A DNA stretch of 63,242 nt, counting the filler, from Klebsormidium nitens (taxonomy: Eukaryota > Plantae > Klebsormidiophyceae), in NCBI GenBank assembly GCA_000708835.1. It is 7 parts of 7 records of this genome, joined end to end, with 100 filler letters (N's around TTAATTAATTAA, not from the genome) between each part and the next. Parts side by side here need not be neighbours in the genome. Positions count along the whole stretch, not along the records: positions 36,110 to 47,325 come from DF238147.1; positions 47,426 to 54,367 come from DF238323.1; 5 more parts are not named here. The stretch is one strand, 5' to 3'. Numbering within the stretch: the first letter of the stretch is position 1; the number at the start of each line of letters is the position of its first letter. The notes under the pieces were generated by a model, which worked only from the letters and a program-made list of their open reading frames with translations, did not search any database and had not been told where the DNA came from. Of the stretch, positions 38,031 through 47,426 are shown piece after piece. The position numbers were made by a program, and so were the translations under genes.

Positions 38031-39199
38031 TCTCTATGCTCAAGTTAAATTCAACTTGTAAGCAGAGTTTGAGAATGAGCTAGGTTTCTGGCGATCTCCC
38101 TACTTGAAACCTAGCAACTACACTAGGTGACTGCACTGGTCTTGAGCACTGCGTCGCCGCTGCTGATTGGGTAGCGATCCGCGCCTCCATGCATTGGCTA
38201 GACGTTGGCGCGTCATCGCGTAAGCTGTCCCGGCAGACATTACGTGCCATGGTGCGCTGGCGCAATACGCATGGGATTTCGTACCGGTACCTGAAAAAGG
38301 GACACGTGGGGCGAGAGCAATCTGCTTGCACGTAATTTGGCTCCGTTGAACGTGAGCCCTTGATTATCTTCGTCTAACTCTATAATCAAATACCAACGAG
38401 CTTGGAGTTGACGAGCAGACATGGTTTTCAAGAAAGTGCAAGCAGCATTGGTTGACAATACTGAATGCAAAGAAGTCTTTCTTGGGGCTCGAGAAAATCT
38501 TTCGAGGTGTCTTTTCAGCAAGTCAATTCTGAAGGCCGCTTACGACAATTCTGGAGCTTCTCTATTTTTTACTGAAAGTTGCATGGAGTTGCTCTGTAAG
38601 ATCTATCAGCTTATCATTCTGATGGGGCTATCTGAGCGCAGACATACAATCACGTCCAGCTTCTCAGCAGTCCTTGCTCTCCAGCTGGATGTGCAAGATG
38701 TACAACCTACTGTACCTACCTAGTAACCTAGGTATTGCGGTTTCTGGAGCATCCACGCGAGCCGCACATAAGCAGACCCTTTGAAGCATTGAATGGTAGC
38801 TAGGTCCCGACAGGCCTCAATGGTCCGCTGTCACGCATTTCAAACTTATATCGTACCTTTGGTGAATGGTAGGTTCGGTATGGGCACTCGACTACCGTAG
38901 TAAATAGGTTCTAATATAATATATATATGTCAGGTTGTTTCGCTAGTGGCCACTGGCAATCTGTACCGATCTATACCTATCTACCTATCTAGGTACCTGA
39001 TAGGTATCTGCCTGGCTTGCTCGGTGTACGATACCAAGATGGGTATCGGGACCGTAGGTACCAAGGCCGTACTGTCGGCTCCGGATCCAGGTACCTTAAG
39101 GTACGGTAGTGCCTGAGTAGGGTAACTAGGTACCTGCTTTCGTTACCGTGGGTACGCTTCTACCGCAACCAGTATCTGGCCAAGTGGTGGTTCTTTTGA

Positions 39200-40520
39200 C
39201 CGAGCACTTCTTGTCTACTGATCAGAGTCACAAAACGCTAGGGAAGTAAGATTTTCCTGGGCCGGGGACACCTCTGGCTCCGCAGAGCCAGAATTTCTCC
39301 AAAGAACCTACGGAATTCGCGGAGTTGTACAAAGTTTCAAGCAACTTCTGTGCAACCAACACGGGGACTTTACGGGTCTGTGAACTGCTTTCATTGGAAG
39401 GAGTGCGGTCCCGACGAGCGGAAATTTGCGGTTTGCGAACACGGTGCACGGCGATACTATACATGGACCAGGGTTGGCTTACTACTAGTGCAGTTCTTTC
39501 GCGTTACTACCACGCAGTACTCCATGAAACTGCACGGTCTGGAACCCGCGTACGTGATATGTGGTGCTGCTCAACTCGACAATCCACACCCCTTTGCACA
39601 CATCCTCATTGTGGCCCTACACCGTAAAAGCCACTCCGTTTGCACCGCCGCAAACTCTCGCCCCTTCGCACGGCTACTTGCGCGCGCGCTCTGCCTACAC
39701 AAGGCTTCTGTGTGGTCTCTCCTGCCGCACTTGCGACACTCTGTTACGCGGAACCTGCACTTTGCCTTCATGTGACCCAAGTGCTTTGCCACAACAACAG
39801 CACGTTGGCGGGTTTGAGCTCCCGCCTCCCACTTCCAAGCTTCTTTCCAGCTCGTATGAGCTTCCAGGGCCCTTCTCTGAGCTTAATAGCCACTTTACGC
39901 CGCCACCGCTTCATTTTCACCTAAAATCCCCTTCAAGGACCCCGCGTCAGCTCTCAGCTTTAGGTTCTGCTCTTTTTTGCATTAGCTTCGGCTGGATCTT
40001 ATCGAGGGTTAGCTATTTTTCTCCGAGCTCCAGAAATTCCAAAACGATGGCATACATCCCCTAGCAAACCTTTTAAAGCTCGCACGGCCAGCTCACCCTC
40101 TGTGACAATTTGTCCTGCCGCCTCCAAATCTAGCTAGAGCTCCCGGGCTTCTCCTTGGTATTCTGCAATGGCTTTCCGCTTTGTCAAACTTAGACCCGTC
40201 AGCTTTCTTCTAGCTGAATCATGCGCGCATCGCTCCTCTTATCAAAGACGGTCCTCCCAACTTCTTTCACGCTTTTCGTGGGTTCACCCTCAATCAACTT
40301 CACTTACACATCTTCCGTGTGAATCAGCATCAGCCCCCTTGCTTGGCTGAACTCTTTCCTTTCCGAGGACTTTGGCTCCTCTAATGCACACAACAGTCTC
40401 TTGTATGCTAGAAGCCCTCGGAACTTGGCCTTCCACGTTGACCAGTTGAGTCACCACAAAGTAGCGGGATCGACACTTTGTCTTCGCCATCTCAACTACA
40501 TCTTCCCTTGAACACAATCA
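39200..40520 (-). mobile_element. Degenerate Ty1/copia gag, protease and integrase N-part
   Basis: gag-like ..LTLDKIQPKLMQK..; paired knuckles HLGHMKAKC..CRKCGRRDHTEALC; protease remnant EWLLRCRATMRM (cf. WLLDSGATxHM); PTLVHV-like integrase start. Heavily frameshifted. Confidence 0.65.
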
Positions 40521-40611
40521 AGTCAAATCCTCCATTTCTCATATTTACACACTCAGCGGCGCGAGCGTTCAAATATCGCCCTTCGGACAACCATATTTGA
40601 AAGCTTGCGCT

Positions 40612-40689
40612 TGTTCGGTTTTATCTCGCTGCCACTTGGTCTACATTGGCGCCACTATAGCCCGAGTGGCAGCGCAATAAAATCTAACA
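40612..40689. repeat. 78-bp TG..CA palindromic LTR-like unit (copy 1, diverged)
   Basis: tgttcggttttatctcgctgccacttggtctacattggcgccactatagcccgagtggcagcgcaataaaatctaaca; homologous to copies at 41530-41607 and 41829-41906. Confidence 0.85.
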
Positions 40690-40690
40690 A

Positions 40691-40701
40691 TGGTATCAGA
40701 G
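40691..40701 (+). promoter_or_regulatory. tRNA-Met primer binding site following the 78-bp unit
   Basis: tggtatcagag one base after the terminal CA. Confidence 0.75.
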
Positions 40702-40708
40702 GAAGGTT

Positions 40709-42185
40709 CTCCCCCACGCACCAAGTATCCTATGCAATTTACATCTTCTTGCACTTCAAGAACTTTCCGGGTGCCAACGCTTTGGTCAAGATGTCCGCCT
40801 TCATGTCCTCCGTCTTGCAATACGTGAACTCGATCTCCTCCCGCGCAAAGTGGTGAATCACGTCGATGTGCTTCGATTGTTGCGAAGCGATCGGATGCTT
40901 GAGGAGCCGTATTGCCCCTTGATTGTCGCAATGAATTAGGACCGTTCCAAGATCCAACACGAGATCATCCCCGAGTTTGCGGAACCACAACGCCTCTTTC
41001 ACGGCGTTTCCGCGCTCATATACTCCGCCTCTACCGTCGAGACCGCCACCGTTGGTTGAAGAGGGCTCGACCAACTTACCGCTCCCACGTACATTAACAA
41101 GACGTACCCCGTTGTAGAACGCTTTGTGTCAATATCCCCCGCATAATCGTTGCAAAGCAGTTCGAAGACCTCGCCGCTCCCCCCGAACGTTATTCCGGCT
41201 TCCTCCGTCCCCGCCAAGTAGCGAACCACCCCAAGCGCCGCCGCCCAATGCGCCTCCGTTGGCGCACTCGTAGTGCGCACCAAAGAACCCACGGCTTGGA
41301 CAATGTCGGGCCGCGTGCACACGCTCAAGTACAACAATCTTCCAATGAGCTCGTTATGAGGGAGCCTCGCCGTGTCTAGCGGCTCACCCTCTTGCGTCAA
41401 CTTCTCCCCCGCCCCAAGGACGACCGAGACCGTCCGTGCGCCCGCAAACCGTGCCGCCCAAGAAGCCCCCCTGTGACCTTCTTTTGTGTGTCTTCAAAGT
41501 ACGCGCCTCCCGGTTGCGCGCCAACTCCATGTCAAGTTTTAATGCGCTGCCACTCGGGCTACACTGGCGCCAATGTAGCCCGAGTGGCAGCGCGTTAAAA
41601 CGTAAGAACCGGGATGACGTCACGGTGACGTCACCGGGCGGCCGAGTGGGCCGAGTGACCTGGGTTCGGATTCCAGGGGAAACAAGTTTGACGGCTGACC
41701 GCGCAAAAAGGTTGCCTCGTGTGGCCCGTAAAACGGAATGCCTGAGGGGGGGCGCCAGTTACTGATGGGTCGTAATGAGACGACGCCTGAGGGGATGGAG
41801 AGAGCCGGAGAATCCGGTATCCACATTTTATTAGGTTTTAACGCGCTGCCACTCCGGCTACACTGGCGCCAGTGTAGCCCGAGTGGCAGCGCGTTAAAAC
41901 TTAACACTCCATCCGGAGGAAGTAGGTCGCCTCCCCCAAATCGCGGACGTCGATCTTCTCCGCCAAGTGCGCCTTCGCCTTCGCAATCCGCTCCGCCCCC
42001 CGTGCCGCGACGAGAATGCCGTCCACCCACACAATGAGGTAAACCCGCTCCCCGTCCACCACTTCCGAAAAGAGCGCCGCATCCGTCAAAAACGTCACGA
42101 ACTCAAAGTTTTCGAGCTCCTCATTCAAGCGCGTGTGCCATTCACGCGGCGCTTGGCGCAACCCGTACAAGGTGCGTTTGAGAAG
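40709..42185 (-). mobile_element. Ty1/copia RT-RNase H fragment with polypurine tract, interrupted by a 377-bp insertion
   Basis: LKRTLYGLRQAPREW, LIVWVDGILV, DLGEATYFL, LIGRLLYLSVCTRPDI, TKRSTTGYV, AVSTVEAEY, IHCDNQGA..SKHIDVIHHF, ADILTKAL. PPT gcgtgggggag at 40719-40709. Confidence 0.92.
41530..41906. mobile_element. 377-bp TG..CA insertion (TRIM-like element or solo LTR) with palindromic 78-bp terminal repeats and 5-bp TSD
   Basis: TSD ctcca at 41525-41529 and 41907-41911; removing the insert rejoins the copia RT (YFLxMEL..). Terminal units at 41530-41607 and 41829-41906. Confidence 0.85.
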
Positions 42186-42919
42186 TGTTGAAACACAGCG
42201 TTGTTGGAAGTGATATTCAATAAATCGAGTTCACACAATGTATAGGAGTGTTCCGAGTCACGGCCTATGTCTAGGTCTACACTCCAGCCTTGTAGGCTCA
42301 GTGGACCGTCACCTAGTAAGTCCGAAAATTTCACTCTATACCGTACATCGACGGCTATCATCGAACCTACAAAATATCGACGGTGTTATCGCCAAGTCAT
42401 TCGGGTGTATGCTGTAACCCGTGCGCATTTAACCATGTAACCATTGCTACAAGTTACCAACGAGTTACCGTCGTCGTCGTGATCCTAAAACCAATCTCTT
42501 GAACGGGAGTTCGATGATAACCGGTTGTCAACGAGTTACCGTCGTCGTCGTGATCCTAAAACCGATCTCTTGAACGGGAGTTCGATGATAACCGGTTGTT
42601 AGCGGTTGGCGATTACATGCGCACGGGTTACAGCGTTACACCCGAATAACTTATTGAGATCACCGCCGTAATGAGTAAGTTCGATAATAGCCGTAGATAT
42701 TCAGAGATTTGCGCAAAATTTTCGGACTTGCTTACCCGGTCAACTGAGCCTATTAGGCTATCAGTGTAGACCCAGACTAGGAGTGTGACTCTATTTAAGC
42801 GAGTCTAGCATAGCACACAGACTGCATAGCTTTAGCGCCGCTAGACTCCAAACACTCGACATGCATTGTGTGACCTTGATCATTCAGTCATTCATTCCCA
42901 ACAACGCCGTGTTTCAACA
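42186..42919. repeat. 734-bp imperfect fold-back (long inverted repeat) bounded by TGTTGAAAC..GTTTCAACA
   Basis: Arm matches: tgttgaaacacagcgttgttggaagtga / tcattcccaacaacgccgtgtttcaaca; ggtctacact..aggctcagtggacc..aagtccgaaaattt / aaattttcggactt..ggtcaactgagcct..agtgtagacc; attcgggtgta..ctgtaacccgtgcgcat / atgcgcacgggttacag..tacacccgaat. Confidence 0.85.
42458..42599. repeat. 71-bp direct tandem duplication at the fold-back centre
   Basis: caacgagttaccgtcgtcgtcgtgatcctaaaacc(a/g)atctcttgaacgggagttcgatgataaccggttgt x2, one mismatch. Confidence 0.92.
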
Positions 42920-43077
42920 GAAACACCTAGGGTAATAGCTAGGCTTGAGCTAGGCTATAAGATTCGGACTCATGTATCAAAAGAACCGCATTCATTCGGG
43001 ACTAGTAGTTGTGCACTTGAAAGGCGCTTGCTTTCAACAGCGCCCTCTTCACACCCAAATGCTATAGGCACATAACC

Positions 43078-43882
43078 TGTTGAAACTTATCGTGAGGGAG
43101 TCGTGGTATACTTGATTTACTCTTCGCGGATCGTGTTGCCCGGCACCCATGCTCATCACTCATTAATGGTAGCCATGCATCCTAAGAGGACAAAGGAAGC
43201 GCCTCACAAGCGGCTTCTTTCTCTCCACAAACTTCTCTTGATTTTATGTATCACATTAGTAGTTTCCACCACCATATGTCGTACCGATACAACTAGGCTC
43301 ACAAGCCTAAGTCACACACTACTAGGCTCACTAGCCTAGCTCACAATACACTCAATGTAGCCTTCGATATCCTCATTTATGGCTTGCACTGACGGTCCTC
43401 TCAACCGCCTGACCTCTAGAACCGCCTAAAGGTTTAACCGTCTAACCGTCGTGCACGCGCATACTGGCGTTTACTACTTCAAATTGTATATAGGTCGTAC
43501 CCCCATTACAATGTAATTCGGTCGACCATGTAATGACCGAATCGTAACAAGCGGCGGCACGGATTTGAAGTGATTGTTTGATTGGGTATTGATGGTCTCG
43601 GATGCAAGTGTCCGAATCCGGTTTATCAAATCGAGTAAGCCGTCAGATTGGAATTGACGGGATAAGAAGACTAGTTAAAATGGTTCCAATTAAAAGTGGA
43701 AGCATTTCTGGTAAACCGTAGATCGGACTTCGACTCATATTGGCCGTGGATTAGTAGGGAGGGTCGGACTCCGCTGTAGGGGGTAGCTAAATCCGCAATC
43801 TAGCCATGACTTTGAACAATCTTAGGTTGTGTGTACTTATTTCTCCTGTTTGTGCTTACTCGAAAGGTGCTTGCTTTCAACA
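43078..43882. repeat. Possible solo LTR, TGTTGAAA..TTTCAACA
   Basis: Starts tgttgaaac and ends aaggtgcttgctttcaaca. The same right end recurs at ~43021-43039. No TSD found. Confidence 0.4.
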
Positions 43883-46800
43883 GGTCGAATGAGTCTAACG
43901 AATGCAACGTCGCACTACAAATGAATGACCTACTAAGTTTTCATTTAATGGAATATCCGCTATTGCAACACCTGGCACACAGGTAATTTGAGCACAGCAA
44001 TGGATCTGCGACTATCGAGTCGAAAGATCCAATCTCAATGTAAGATGGTCAACTGACATAACGCACAAGTTCGTGCCGACGAGTCGACCATCCGCGATGG
44101 GCAAAGGATCGGTGTCTTGATAACGATATTTTGCCATATAAGCTCGACCAAGTTGCAACTAGAGATTTCTCTATAGACCATGCTAAGCGGACGGTCTCAA
44201 GTGATTGTCAAGTGCTAAATTGAACGGCTGCACGTTGTAAGTGACAGTATTTTTGGCTATGCAAAATACGCCTATACAGCGCAAGTGCAAGCGCGGGTAG
44301 AATCGAGGACCAATGCGCGCATGCAACAAATGCTATAGCGCGCAACCGGTAGAGCTGCGCGCTTGCCATGTTTGGCTGGCACGCCGCATGAGAAAGCGCA
44401 ACGCGCTACTGGAGATAGATGCGATTGATAGCATTGAGCGTGACATTGGCAGGTGCGAACAAGAGTGCTCTTCAATAAAAAGACGTAAACTTGGCACACT
44501 TGAAATTTTGTGTATATCATCTTGCACGCTGGATTAATCAGATGCAGCACCCGAACTATAGTACACGCCTCAGTCAAAGCCCCAACATGCGAGACACATG
44601 TCACGTACGGGGGTCCTGGACTACGGAGTTTCACGCACTTTGGCGCGGTACCAGCTCGCTGGTACCCCGCCGGTACCATGTTGCGTCCGTGGTGCGTACA
44701 CGGTGGCACCATGAACGGTACGGTACAAGTTTAACATGGACAGTACGGTACCAGCAGACGAACAGCGCGCAAGTACTCGGAAGTTGCCCGGTATTGGCAA
44801 GCAATCCCGCAAAAAACGCTGCCTCTTCACAGATGAATGGGCTCTTCAGAAGTTGCCCCCCGGACACCCGTGCAGGCTACCCTCTGCTGCTGCACGGACT
44901 TGTCACTTCAGTGTGTCAGTGTGCCCAGGGGGCCGGTCCATAATACTCTAAGTCGGTGATAGGTACTTGCCCTAGTTTTACCCTAATACCTACGCGGTAG
45001 TACGAATACGGCACGGTAAAAATATCAGGTGTACCTAGGTACGGTACTCCACCATTTGCACCGTCATTGCGGAACTTGCTTTGAAGGTACCTAATTTGAC
45101 TTACGCCGAACGGTCCCATCCAGAAGCATCGCAACCGTTGAGTTGCCCCTGTGTTTGCCAATCTACGACTGATGTAGATGCTCAGATATACTCGATACAG
45201 CCTGCATGCCTTTCAATATCGTTGTGTAGGTACCACGGTACGTCGGTAGTACCCGTACAGGCAGCTCACTCACCGAAAGCTCCCTTGTCAGCCTTGTCTT
45301 CAGCTTCCGACCACCTTTCTTCTTGCTGCAGATTGTTAGCTTTGCTGTAAGTCTTTGATGTAGAGGCTGGCAGCTGTCATATATGCAATATATGCATGGT
45401 CTCTTTAGAATTTGTGGCTTCGCACTACCTAAGTACCCAGCTTAGTAGGAGTCATGGCTTGAAATAACAGCTTGCAGCCTTTACCACTCAGCAACTCAGA
45501 TCGAAGGGTCAAAATCATACCCTATGTCCAACTTACCAGCTCCATGCAGCTCTGTGCATGAAATGGGGGAAGCTGAGAATCGTCAAGTGAGTGGCATTTG
45601 AAATTGAGTAGCTTACAAACTTAACTCAGATGATTTTCTCCGGCACAAAGAGGAGCTTCACAACGTTCACCATTGTCATCCAATGCTCCTTGCAACTTTT
45701 TGGAGACCCGCATGAATGCATAGGACTCGACTACGGCAGCCATTCTTGTGAACTTTGAGAACGATTCTGCTGCTTGGTAACCATGTTTGCTCGCGATCTC
45801 CAAGCTCCCTGTTCGGAACCCTAATTTTTGGTACGCAGCCAGTGCACTGTCACTTCGGTCCCACCGTACTGGCTCCGTACTTCCAACCCGGAGCCATCGT
45901 GGTACCACTTTCAAAATTGAGAGTTCCGTACGGTAATCATCGGATTAATACCGCGGTGGTACCGCGCTGACACCCCGCCGAATCGGCTGCAGGGATGAAA
46001 GGGCGAATCCCCGACTCCCACCCCAAAGTCGCATGTCTGAGCTCAAACAAGAGAGCGGGATATCTGGCGGCGTGACTCGATACAGAGAATTCCGACGCAA
46101 GCAGATCTCACTTCTTTTTTTAGGATATCACTTTTATTGTAGACCTTTACAGCATTTTCTAGGCATCTGCTACGATTTTCGGTTTAGCTGAGCTAAGTTT
46201 TGCTTGCTGAAGTTTAGCTAAAGTTTAATGAAGTTTTGACGTCATCCTTGGCAAGAATTGAGCTGACCTCAGCAGGTTTGACATGTTTGACACACGGAGC
46301 AATCCGAGCACGACCCTGCTTCGTCGATTCAATCGTGTCCGTCCATCTGACAGTCTGTAAATCCAGGAGCACACGTGACCAAATGTTTGACGTCAGCTAC
46401 AAGTTGTTGAGTTTTGCTTCGAACTTGCAAGACCCTAGCGAGGTTTAGCTAAGCTATTTCTCCAATCGTAAAGGATGCCTAAAATCTGCTGTAGTAAGGA
46501 CGCATTACGAACACAAAAAGTTGGTTGCTGCAAAAAGATCTCTACACGCAGCAAGCAGATTGTTGGTTGGCCCCCAACAAGGGCAGACACATCGCAAGGG
46601 CGGTCGCATCAAGCAACCCCTAGAACTGTACGGAAACTTCCTACGTACAATGACGTAGAGCGCGTGATGTCTCTACGGGTCAAGTGGGAACTTCATGCCC
46701 GTGAAACGGCACAATGAATCCTTCACAGGGTTCTCACTACTTTGGTTATTTGGCCTATGATTGGGCTCAATCGAAATATTGGTCCGGATGGATGGTACGA

Positions 46801-47426
46801 GACCCGTGGATAGGAATGGACGGTTCAACCGTGCATTTGATGGAACCTTTGCAAGTATTTGGTCATTGTAAACATCGTTGTACACGTTGGAATCTTTTGG
46901 CATAGTGGGCCTAGTGGAAGCAGGAATTTCTCGAACTCGATGGTGGTGAAACACTCGGATCGAGAGGGTTGTAAGAGAAGGAAGCCGCTTGAAGGGCGCT
47001 TCGTGCGTTCCTCTTTGGACGCATGGCTTCCCAAAAAAGGGATAACGAGCATTATCTCGGCACTACAATGAAACCAACACCGAAGTCACTATTGCACTAT
47101 CCTAGCGAGTAGTTTCAAGAGCATTTGGCCCGCCAAAGTTTGCTTAAGTTTCGAGGTTTTCGGTCTATACAAAGCTTGTAGCGGTCCGGTAACTGATTCA
47201 CAATCTGTAATAAAGTCTCCGGCTTTGGCCTTATGTCAATGCGCAAAATCGGCCGCGCGCGCTCGACGACAGCCCGTCGAGCTATTACTTAGCACATGAA
47301 TTTCAATATTGAGCTACAGTCCGCCNNNNNNNNNNNNNNNNNNNNNNNNNNNNNNNNNNNNNNNNNNNNTTAATTAATTAANNNNNNNNNNNNNNNNNNN
47401 NNNNNNNNNNNNNNNNNNNNNNNNNC

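Noticed and set aside
38421-38723. ORF as a hAT dimerisation domain
   Set aside because: Only a vague LxKIY..SER..FS resemblance; no other transposase motifs or TIRs.
40612-41906. Three palindromic repeats as a CRISPR array
   Set aside because: 78 bp long, irregular spacing (~920 and ~300 bp), eukaryotic retroelement context, no cas genes.
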